A DNA stretch of 64,000 bases, taken from the NCBI GenBank assembly GCA_963666315.2, contig CAXXHG010000032.1, positions 32,001 to 96,000 on the forward strand, given 5' to 3'. Below are positions 55,975 to 64,000 of this stretch, one piece after another. The notes beneath the pieces were generated by a model. That model searched no databases. It was not told the origin of the DNA and worked only from the letters and a program-made list of their open reading frames with translations. This stretch comes from Candidatus Binatia bacterium (lineage in GTDB: Bacteria; Desulfobacterota; Binatia; Bin18). How positions within the stretch are numbered: the stretch's first letter is position 1; every line of letters starts with the position of its first letter. The position numbers and the translations under genes are program-made.

Positions 55975-56280
55975 CAATGGGGAACAATGGGCAACAATAT
56001 CGGATTGTTCTGAGAGGTCGGGACGCAGCGAGTAACCCTGTCCAAGGAACTGACCAGGCCCTGCGTAGTGCGTAGTGATTGATGCCGACGGCCAAGAAGG
56101 ATAACCTGAACAGAAGCATATCAAGAGGGGGAGGAGAAAGCCGACTCCGATGGTCGCTTTCTCCCACTTTGAGGTAAAGACGAGACCGTGATCAGGGTCT
56201 ATCCCTTTTTCTGTATGAGCGGAAAATCCTCCCGCTCGTTGTGCATTGAGCAGAACAGGTGTGTCGAAAGGACATTTATT

Positions 56281-57666
56281 GTGCGTATCCCTTTGCGTTT
56301 CTTGGTCGGTATTTCATTAGTGGCTCTTGTGCTGAGTAGTCTTTCCGCCTGGGCCGGCCCCCGGATCAAAGTTTTAGACAATCCCATCCGCATGCGTTTT
56401 TCCAGTTTCTCCACCTCGCTGGCCGTGCTCGGCGATGTGACCGGCGATGGTATCCCGGATTATCTCGTTGGGGCATATGACCAACCGTATGCCAGGGAGG
56501 GCATGACCGGGATGGAGATTGGGGTCGGCGGCTCTAAAAAGGCCGGTAAAAATGTCGACCATCAAGGCCGGGCGTTTGTCTTTGACGGCCAGACGGCCAA
56601 GCTGTTATACCTCATCGATCATCCGTTTCCTCAAAAATCCGCTGCATTTGCTTGCTCTGTAGCCTCGGCTGGGGATGTGAATCAAGACGGTAGGCCGGAT
56701 TTATTGATTGGTGCCTTTGGTCAGAATACGAGTGGCCTAGCCTACGTATTTAGCGGCATAGACGGGGCGTATTTGTTCACCCTTAAACCACCTCAGTCCC
56801 AGTCCGGCGCGGGCTTCGGTTGGTCGGTGGCCGGCATTGGGGATGTGACCGGCGATGGTATCCCCGAATTGGTGGTGGGTGCCTATAATCAAGATGGAGA
56901 GGGCCGGGCGTTTGTGTACAGTGGGACTGACGGCAGACTCGTCTATACCCTTGCTCCTCAGACCGAGGGGGCTGGTTCAGCCTTTGGGTGGTTTGTGCAC
57001 GCCGCCGGAGATCTCAACCAGGACGGTATTCCTGACATTGCGGTCGGTGCACCCTATACCACCGTTGGTCACCTTACCATTCAGGGCCGTGCCTACGTGT
57101 ATAGTGGCGCAGACGGCCAGCTCCTGCTCACCTTAGATAACCCGGAACCCAAAGCAGGTTCAACCTTCGGCTGGCGTGTGGTCGCAGCTGGAGACCTGAA
57201 TAAAGACGGCGTCTCAGACCTCTTGGTTGGCGCACCGTATCATGATGTCGGACCACGTGTGGGCCAAGGCGTGGCCTATGCCATGAGTGGTCAAGATGGT
57301 TCAGTGATCTATACCCTGCACGACCCGGTACCGCGCAAGTATTCGGGCTTTGGCTGGGCGCTGGCAACGAGTATGGATGTCAATGCAGACAATGTCCCCG
57401 AGGTCTTGGTTGGAGCCCCTTTTCAAAGCGTGGATGAGTTTCACATTCAGGGCGAGGTGTTTCTGTATAATGGTCGCGACGGGCGTCATCTGATGACGTT
57501 TGACAACCCGCGGGGACATCAAGGCTCAAAATTTGGTTATGCGATTGCGTCGCCGGGAGATATTAATGATGACGGCATTCCCGAGTTTGCGATGAGTACG
57601 CCCGGCCAGCATATCATGGGCGAGATCAGTGTCGGGCGGGTGTATCTATTGGAATCCCGGAGGTAA
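56281..57666 (+). CDS. Secreted integrin-alpha-like FG-GAP seven-bladed beta-propeller
   Basis: Signal peptide ending AWA; seven repeats of FG.S/W.....GD.N.DG.PD..VGA with Ca-binding loops. Confidence 0.9.
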   Translation: MRIPLRFLVGISLVALVLSSLSAWAGPRIKVLDNPIRMRFSSFSTSLAVLGDVTGDGIPDYLVGAYDQPYAREGMTGMEIGVGGSKKAGKNVDHQGRAFVFDGQTAKLLYLIDHPFPQKSAAFACSVASAGDVNQDGRPDLLIGAFGQNTSGLAYVFSGIDGAYLFTLKPPQSQSGAGFGWSVAGIGDVTGDGIPELVVGAYNQDGEGRAFVYSGTDGRLVYTLAPQTEGAGSAFGWFVHAAGDLNQDGIPDIAVGAPYTTVGHLTIQGRAYVYSGADGQLLLTLDNPEPKAGSTFGWRVVAAGDLNKDGVSDLLVGAPYHDVGPRVGQGVAYAMSGQDGSVIYTLHDPVPRKYSGFGWALATSMDVNADNVPEVLVGAPFQSVDEFHIQGEVFLYNGRDGRHLMTFDNPRGHQGSKFGYAIASPGDINDDGIPEFAMSTPGQHIMGEISVGRVYLLESRR

Positions 57667-57740
57667 ACTCAGCGTTCCGCCGCGATTGATACCAGAGGCG
57701 AGGCAGGATAGCCTTGGCAAGAGACATAAGGAGGGGAAAA

Positions 57741-58253
57741 ATGTGTATGAAACGTCTTATGAATCTCGCCATTGGAGTTATTGGCCTGTATTGGCTTTTC
57801 CCCATAGCGGCTGAGGCCTGCTCCTGTATGACGCCCCCATCGTCGAGTCAGGGTGCCGCAGCCGCAGACGTTGTTTTTGTGGGGACGGCGACGAACGTTG
57901 AGAAGATAGAGGCCGATGGCTGGTTGTACGGCTCATGGAAATCGATGTGGGGTTCCGAGCTTATGTACGAGTTCGAGACGCTGCGAGTGACAATGGATGT
58001 GGGCACGGCTATAAAGGGCACGGACAAGTCGCAATTGATTCTTGAAACGGCGGCGACCACAGAACTATGTGGCATCTTATTCCAAGAAGGACAGGAATAT
58101 CTTGTCTATGCCTTTAATGGCCCTGCCGAGACGGTGACGACTGATATGTGCACCAGAACCTCCACGTCAGAAAAGGCCGCCGTTGACATTAAAGCTCTCG
58201 TGAATAAAGAAATCACAAAGATCTGCGAGGGCTGGACGTGTATTAATGATTAG
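57741..58253 (+). CDS. Secreted TIMP-like (NTR/OB-fold) protein
   Basis: Signal peptide ending AEA, then CSC, ADVVFVG, CG..FQEGQEYLVYA, MCTRT; strong RBS. Confidence 0.8.
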   Translation: MCMKRLMNLAIGVIGLYWLFPIAAEACSCMTPPSSSQGAAAADVVFVGTATNVEKIEADGWLYGSWKSMWGSELMYEFETLRVTMDVGTAIKGTDKSQLILETAATTELCGILFQEGQEYLVYAFNGPAETVTTDMCTRTSTSEKAAVDIKALVNKEITKICEGWTCIND

Positions 58254-58277
58254 GAACGTCTCACAGAACGTTCCAAG

Positions 58278-59400
58278 GCACGTTGGAAACACCCCAGCCC
58301 CTCTCCCCTGGATTCTCTAGATTCACAAACCAAGTGCAACACGAGCTGGATAAGGTGTTGTCATGGACAAGAGATACAGACAACTTTCAGTTGAGGAGCG
58401 GTGGAAGATTGCCGGTCTTCAAGGCGCGGGGAGCTCGCTCCGGCAAGTTGCAGCAGCTGTGGATCGCGCGCCATCGACCATTGCTCGCGAGATAAAGCGG
58501 AACCAGGGCACCCAGGGGGCCTACACCCCGGCCTATGCCGATCAGCAGGCTTGCGCCCGGAGGTGGAACGGCTCGAAGCTGGAACGCAAGAAGGAGCTGC
58601 GCGTCAAGGCCCTGGGCGCCGGAGCAGGTGGCCGGCCGGCTGGCGGTTGAGCCCGGCAGCCAGGTGATCAGCCACGAGAGCATCTACCGGTTTCTCTATG
58701 CACAACTGGCGCGCACCAAGGATGACCGCTGGCGGCTCTATCTGCCCCGCGCCAAATCCAAACGCGGCGGGCGCGGCAAGAAGCGCGGCTCTCCGGTCCG
58801 CTTCTTCGAAAGCCCGCCGGCCCCTCTCGGACCGCCCGGCCTGCGCCACCGACCGCCAGGTCCCCGGCCACTGGGAAGCCGCTCTGATGGTATTCGCCCA
58901 CTACGGACCGGCCATCCTGACCATGCATGAACGCCACTCCCCGGTCCTCCTCGCGGCCCGACCGCCCAGCAAGGCGGCTCAGCCCATGGCCCGGCTGATG
59001 GTCCAGCTCCTCAAACCCTTGCCCCAAGCTTGCGCCAAACCCTGACCTTCGATAATGGCACCGAGTTCGTCCAGCACTACCAATTGCATCCCCTGGCCAT
59101 TCAGACCTTCTTTTGCGACCCCCATAAGCCGTGGCAGAAGGGCGGCATTGAAAATGCCCTCGGTCGCATGCGGCGAACCATCCCGCGCAACACCGCCCTC
59201 GCCAGCCTGCGCACAAACCGCTTTAATGCCCTCATCCGTGCCTACAACAACACACCCCGAAAATGTCTTGCCTGCCACACTCCTGCAGAGGTTCTTTTAC
59301 AGCAACTGTTGCACTTCAAATGTGAATCCACGGTCCCGTTTCCACGGGCATGACAGTCTTTCTTGTGTCATACTTGCGCAGGCAGGTACCCAGGCCTAGG
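58278..59400 (+). repeat. 1123-bp direct repeat, copy 2 (IS30 plus REP-like flanks)
   Basis: Same ORF set as copy 1, shifted by 19514. Confidence 0.95.
58318..59330 (+). mobile_element. IS30-family element with inactivated transposase (copy 2)
   Basis: Same IRs and same frameshifts as 38804-39816. Confidence 0.9.
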
Positions 59401-59497
59401 GGCCAAGAGGGAGTTTTGTTGGGGGCACTAAGCCTAAATGCCTAGGGCAGCTTCATAGCGCGCAAGGATCTCCCCTAAGCTTTGAAAGAGAAACAAT

Positions 59498-60643
59498 ATG
59501 GATGTTGGTATTTTCTATGAAATTCAGGTGAATAGTCCGATTAAGCACCGCGAGCGGGAGGCCCAGGTTTTTTACGATGTGCTAGAACAGGTTATTGCTG
59601 CTGAGGAAGCGGAGTTTCATTCGTTCTGGACGGTTGAACATCACTTCCAGCCTGGTTTCTCGCATTCGTCTGCACCGGAGGTATTCTACGGCGCCGTCAG
59701 CCAGCGCACATCGAAGATTCGTATCGGGTACGGCGTCGTTTTGCTGCCGTTTCCGTACAACCATCCGCGCCGCATTGCCGAGCGGATAGCCAGGCTTGAT
59801 ATTTTGAGTCACGGCCTGGTTGAGATGGGTACCGGACGCTCTATCACACCTCAAGAGTTGGGCTGATTCGGCATTCCGTATAATGAGACCCGCGCGCGTT
59901 GGGAAGAATCGCTCGATATCATTACTACGATTTGGAAGAGTAAAGACGGTACGTTTTCTTATAAAGGCAAATATTTCGATATTCCTGAGCGGACCGTCGT
60001 ACCCATGCCGATTCAGAAACCGCATCCACCCATCTGGGTTGCCTGCACTAGTAAAGAAACGCATGTGGTAGCAGGCAAGAAGGGGCTCGGGTTACTCTCA
60101 TTTACGTTGCTGGTCGCTCCTGAGGAACTCGGACGACGCGTCCAGATGTACCGCGAGGCGCTGAAAGAGGCCGAGCCGCCGGGCGCGTTTATTAACAACA
60201 AAGCGGGCGCCTTCTCTCTGGTGCACTGTGCCGATACGGATAAGCAAGCCTACGAAGAAGCCGACCGGGCGTTTATGTCGTATGTGGCGACAACACTACA
60301 GTCCACAGCTCCGGTGCTGGAAGCCAGAAAATCTGGTCGCTCACTCGAAGAAGTGATCGCCGATCCGAACCGCGAGATCAAAGAGTATGAAGGCGTTGAT
60401 CCGCGTAAGGTCAATTTACAGTTTTTGATCGATAACGGCATGTGTGTCGTCGGTAATCCCGATACGTACATCAAGCAGATAGAGCGGATTTAGCAAGCGG
60501 CCGATTTGGACACCTTTTTATGCATGATGCAATTCTGGTCCATCCCGCACGAGAAAACCATGCATGCCATAGACCTGTTCGGACAGCACGTATTGCCACA
60601 TTTTAAGAGGACAAGCAGCTCGGCAGCTGGCAGCACGTCGTAA
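59498..60643 (+). pseudogene. LLM-class flavin-dependent oxidoreductase with two in-frame stops
   Basis: WTVEHHF..FSHSSAPE, PIQKPHPPIWVA; TGA at 59864 and TAG at 60491, with the frame maintained. Confidence 0.9.
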
Positions 60644-60669
60644 TAATAGTATTACCAGGGAGGGATCGA

Positions 60670-61431
60670 ATGGCAGGACTGACGGATGGAAAAGTGGCCC
60701 TTGTAACAGGTGGCGGGTCAGGTATCGGACGGGCAACCGCACTCGCCTATGCGCGCGAAGGCGCCAAGGTTGTTGTCGCAGATATCGTGGTTGAAGGGGG
60801 CGAGGAAACTGTTCAACAGATTATAGCAGGTGGAGGAGCAGCGACCTTCGTCAAGGCGGACATTGCGCAGGCCGGTGATGTCGAGGCGATGGTCAATCAG
60901 GCTGTGGAGACGTATGGACGGATAGACTGCGCATTTAATAATGCCGGCATTGAAGGCGAAATATCGCCACTCATTGGATGCACCGAAGCCAACTGGGATC
61001 GGGTCGTGAGTATTGATCTCAAGGGAGTCTGGCTGTGTCTCAAGTATGAAATCCCGCAGATGCTCAAACAGGGGGGTGGTGCCATTGTCAACGCTGCTTC
61101 AGTCGCCGGACTGGTTGGGTTTCAAGGAATCGCTCCCTATGTGGCGGCAAAGCACGGGGTCGTAGGGCTCACCAAGACGGCTGCGCTCGAATACGCCAAG
61201 TCAGGAATTCGGGTCAATGCCGTGTGTCCTGGTGTTATCGACACCCCGATGGTTCAGCGTGCCTTTGGTCAGAGTCCGCGGATGGCAGAATTGGCTGCTG
61301 CGGCCGAGCCCGTCGGCCGTCTGGGCAAGCCGGAAGAGATTGCAGAGGCGGTCGTGTGGTTGTGTTCTGATGCCGCTTCATTTGTGACTGGTCACCCGAT
61401 GGCCGTCGATGGTGGATTGGTTGCGCAGTAG
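60670..61431 (+). CDS. Classical short-chain dehydrogenase/reductase
   Basis: TGGGSGIG, NNAG, YVAAKHG, IRVNAVCPG, VDGG. Confidence 0.95.
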   Translation: MAGLTDGKVALVTGGGSGIGRATALAYAREGAKVVVADIVVEGGEETVQQIIAGGGAATFVKADIAQAGDVEAMVNQAVETYGRIDCAFNNAGIEGEISPLIGCTEANWDRVVSIDLKGVWLCLKYEIPQMLKQGGGAIVNAASVAGLVGFQGIAPYVAAKHGVVGLTKTAALEYAKSGIRVNAVCPGVIDTPMVQRAFGQSPRMAELAAAAEPVGRLGKPEEIAEAVVWLCSDAASFVTGHPMAVDGGLVAQ

Positions 61432-61460
61432 TCCCAGCTTTTTTCTCTGTTCTGAATTGA

Positions 61461-61928
61461 CTACTGCCCCTGTGCATCCATGGCGCGCATCTCGGCGCGT
61501 AACTCGCGCCTGCGCTCGATAGCCGCCGCCGCCAATTGTTCCGCAGAGAGTTCGGCCCGGATTTCTAATCCCATTGCTAAGAACTCATCAAAGAGCGCCG
61601 CATGAATTTGGCTGAGATCATCCTGCTGCAGTGCGAAATCTTCAGCGGCTATATTCCCTTCTGCAAGGAGTTTGTCCATGATTCCTTTTCGGGCGTCACG
61701 CAGATCGTTCTTTAATCCCTCAAGCGCGTTTGCATGGACAGCCTTGATAGCGTCGATGTTCGCTTGCTGCGGGTCTGTCAGATCCAGGGTTCGCAGAACG
61801 CGGAACGGAAAGAGACCATGACCTCCCCCTCGGCCAAAGTGTCCCGGCCGTGCAGCCGCAAGCGATGTCGCCATCACACCCAGGGCCAATACTCCTATAC
61901 AAACGATATTCCATTTTCCTTTTGTCAT
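61461..61928 (-). CDS. Periplasmic Spy/CpxP (LTxxQ)-family protein
   Basis: Signal peptide, Gly/His-rich linker, LDLTDPQ, LSAEQ. Confidence 0.8.
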   Translation of the reverse strand: MTKGKWNIVCIGVLALGVMATSLAAARPGHFGRGGGHGLFPFRVLRTLDLTDPQQANIDAIKAVHANALEGLKNDLRDARKGIMDKLLAEGNIAAEDFALQQDDLSQIHAALFDEFLAMGLEIRAELSAEQLAAAAIERRRELRAEMRAMDAQGQ

Positions 61929-61960
61929 GCTGCTGTCTCCTCTCTATCCGTGTTACTTCT

Positions 61961-61991
61961 TTAGACTCGTCAGGTTGCTATTCGGGTTACA
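61961..61991 (-). promoter_or_regulatory. Putative ECF sigma promoter
   Basis: Minus strand TGTAAC-N16-CGAGTCTAA upstream of the Spy-like gene. Confidence 0.7.
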
Positions 61992-62015
61992 GCCAAAAGT
62001 AGTGTATTCGGGATC

Positions 62016-62185
62016 TTAAAGCACACTACCGCACATGAAAAACGTCGTCCGCGATCTCTCATCCCCGATTGTGGTGTTGCGCCGGATAATGTCTGCCAGT
62101 CGGGTCCGTTCAACCTCTCGGCGCTCTCGTTGAGAAAGGGTGCGTACATACCAGAACCGATCTCCGTCGCAGAGGCAGATGCAGA
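62016..62185 (-). pseudogene. C-terminal remnant of an animal-heme-peroxidase-family gene
   Basis: LCDGDRFWY...TRLADIIRRNTTI resembles the LRDGDRFWY...LADII.RNT terminus of the family. Confidence 0.6.
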
Positions 62186-62441
62186 GAGCCCGCCACTCGC
62201 AGGCAGGTGGCCACAGAAAGTCAGAGACTACTCTTGAGGATGGAAATCGTCTGAGTTCTTTGAACAAACGTGCCGAATGCTATCCAAGCTAATCAGAAGA
62301 TAAACGGAACAACACGTCGTCCATGTCGCCTGGTCGTAAGCGAAGAAGAGGGAAACCTACGCGGGGCGCTGAGTGCTGACTGTTTGCAGCAGCCTACAAG
62401 ACATGTAGGGAAAATCCCTACACCTGGCCAGACACATCGGG

Positions 62442-62993
62442 TCAGAAGGGCCTTTCAGCCGGTGGAGGCTGTCGGGAGGAATCGTCACCAGGGCCGCCAA
62501 AATTACCAGGCGGCGGCCCGCCATGCCGGCCGCGCCTGCCACCACGCCCGCCTGGGCCACGGCGAGGTCTGTCTTTAAGTCGTTGGAGGAGCCTTATACG
62601 CTGCTCGGGTGTGAGGAGGGCACGTACGCGGAGCATCGTTCGTAATTGTTCTTTGCGCAAGTTTGTTCTCAGGCCGCCAATAGACTCGACTTGTGTCATC
62701 ACTGCATCTTCGTCGGGCTCTTCTTGTTCCAAGAGTGTACGCATGAACCGATCAGCCTCGCGAAGGCTGCGTTCTTCCGTGCGTGAGGCGTCGATAACAG
62801 CATCTGCTTGAGCCAACGTTTCGTCATCAAGGCCCAGCTCTTCAATGAGATGCTCAAGAGGAACTCCACGATGCGGCGGACGCCCGCCGGGTGGACGCGC
62901 CCAGACCGGGGACGAAAGACGCTGAAGAAATTGTTGCTCGTCAGTGCTGAGCGTGTCTTGACTCAGTCTGTCGTGTGTATCTGAAGACGGCAT
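62442..62993 (-). pseudogene. Deletion fusion of a putative anti-sigma N-terminus with a Spy/CpxP-like protein
   Basis: MPSS...DEQQFLQRLS joined to PVWARPPGG...LGLDDET...LLEQEEPDEDAVM...LLTPEQR; signal peptide core missing. Confidence 0.65.
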
Positions 62994-62995
62994 CG

Positions 62996-63553
62996 TTACG
63001 CACCTCGTGTGAGTTCTTTGAGATCCGCGAGTTCCGTTCGTAATGCGACCAAAGCACGGTGTAAATGACTTTTGACTGTTCCGCTCGGTTTTCCCAGAAA
63101 ATCCGCACACTCTTGGACGGTGAAGCCCTCAAGATGGACCAGAATAAAGGCTTCGCGTTGGCGACGTGAAAGCTGGTCGAGTGCTGTTGCAATACGCCGC
63201 CGCAGACCAGGACCGCCTAGGGTGACCGCAGTCGGGTCTGCGAGTTCTTCTTCGCTGGTGCTATGCCACATATTCCGTATGGCTCGCCAGCGTCGGTAGT
63301 TATGGGCCTGGCCGACTAATATGCGGTAGAACTACGTTTCGAGGCTCGCCTCGCCCTGAAAACCGTCAAGGGCCTGATAGGCTTTGACAAAGGCATCTTG
63401 GGTCACGTCTTCAGCTGCAGCCTCATCGCCGCCCACAAGTCGCCAAGCGAGACGTCTCGCTCGGTCCTGTTGGGCCACAACAAACGTACTGAAACAGACC
63501 TCCCGTTCAGCCGTCATCGTCCCAAGCGCGGCCATTCCAACCGCGACTGCCAT
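62996..63553 (-). pseudogene. ECF RNA polymerase sigma factor with a nonsense codon
   Basis: AAEDVTQDAFVKAY, ASLET*FYRIL (TAG at 63332-63334 for Trp), LSRRQREAFILVHLEGFTVQECA, GTVKSHLHRA. Confidence 0.9.
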
Positions 63554-63578
63554 ACGACTGCGGTGATCCTCTTATGGA

Positions 63579-63609
63579 TTAGACACTGCATACGAGCGTG
63601 TGGATTACA
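63579..63609 (-). promoter_or_regulatory. Putative autoregulatory ECF sigma promoter
   Basis: Minus strand TGTAAT-N16-AGTGTCTAA upstream of the sigma gene. Confidence 0.65.
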
Positions 63610-63676
63610 ATCCTTTGTATCAAGTTAAGGGCCTGAGTAGAGGAAAATCCTGTGCAGGGGCGAGGCGACCTTGGTG

Positions 63677-64000
63677 CTAGTGTTGCCCTGATTCTTGGGC
63701 GAGTTTTTGGAGTGCCTGCCCCTCCAGGCGGTAGGGTAGCCAGTCCTGCATGTGGTCCATAGCCAGACGACGATAGAACTTGCGGGCGGGATTCCAGTCC
63801 AAAACTTGGAGATCTACGCGCCGATACCCGCGTTCAACTGCAATGGCGGCCAGTTTTGCCATCAATTGATGTCCGACTCCATGCTTACGCGCTGATTCGA
63901 CCACAAACAGGTCTTCGAGATACAGGCTAGGCCGCCCTTCCCAGGTGGAATAGGTCAGGAAGAAAAGGGCAAAGCCGACGGGCTCGCCGTCCAGCTCAGC
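63677..64000 (-). CDS. GNAT acetyltransferase (diamine acetyltransferase-like), partial
   Basis: VGFALFFLTYSTWEGRPSLYLEDLFV..ARKHGVG...VLDWNPARKFY; 5' end outside the window. Confidence 0.85.
   Translation of the reverse strand, partial: AELDGEPVGFALFFLTYSTWEGRPSLYLEDLFVVESARKHGVGHQLMAKLAAIAVERGYRRVDLQVLDWNPARKFYRRLAMDHMQDWLPYRLEGQALQKLAQESGQH

Noticed and set aside
55972-56000. Short acaatgg tandem repeat after the P450
   Set aside because: Only three degenerate 10-nt units, too short to interpret.
56400-57600. Repeated gatgtgaccggcgatggtatccc-type DNA
   Set aside because: Explained by FG-GAP coding repeats.
62428-62457. A further copy of the ECF promoter motif
   Set aside because: The -10-like TGTGTCTGG is partial, and the -35 position reads TGAAA rather than GTAAC.

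Overview
This is a bacterial window of moderately high GC. Its gene repertoire includes cyclase-AAA-TPR proteins, many amidohydrolases, LLM oxidoreductases, Baeyer-Villiger monooxygenases, and Sel1, FG-GAP and TIMP-like secreted proteins. By inference, this suggests a Binatota/Tectomicrobia-like, probably host-associated (e.g. sponge) organism. The region is heavily eroded: many genes carry nonsense codons, frameshifts, lost start codons or deletion fusions. Main content: (1) a ketone-catabolism-like island with a divergent BVMO, acetone-carboxylase-like alpha/gamma/beta subunits and an esterase; (2) two paralogous ECF sigma / anti-sigma / Spy-CpxP-like loci sharing a conserved promoter motif, GTAAY-N16-MGWGTCTAA, in four exactly spaced copies; (3) two near-identical 1123-bp dead IS30-in-REP units bracketing an 18.4-kb segment; (4) inside that segment, a cassette-like gene array with degenerate attC sites, toxin-antitoxin modules with disabled toxins, an amidohydrolase pair with a lactonase, a MarR-P450 pair, and an intact secreted integrin-like 7-blade FG-GAP propeller plus TIMP-like gene pair. 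No rRNA, tRNA or CRISPR array was seen.
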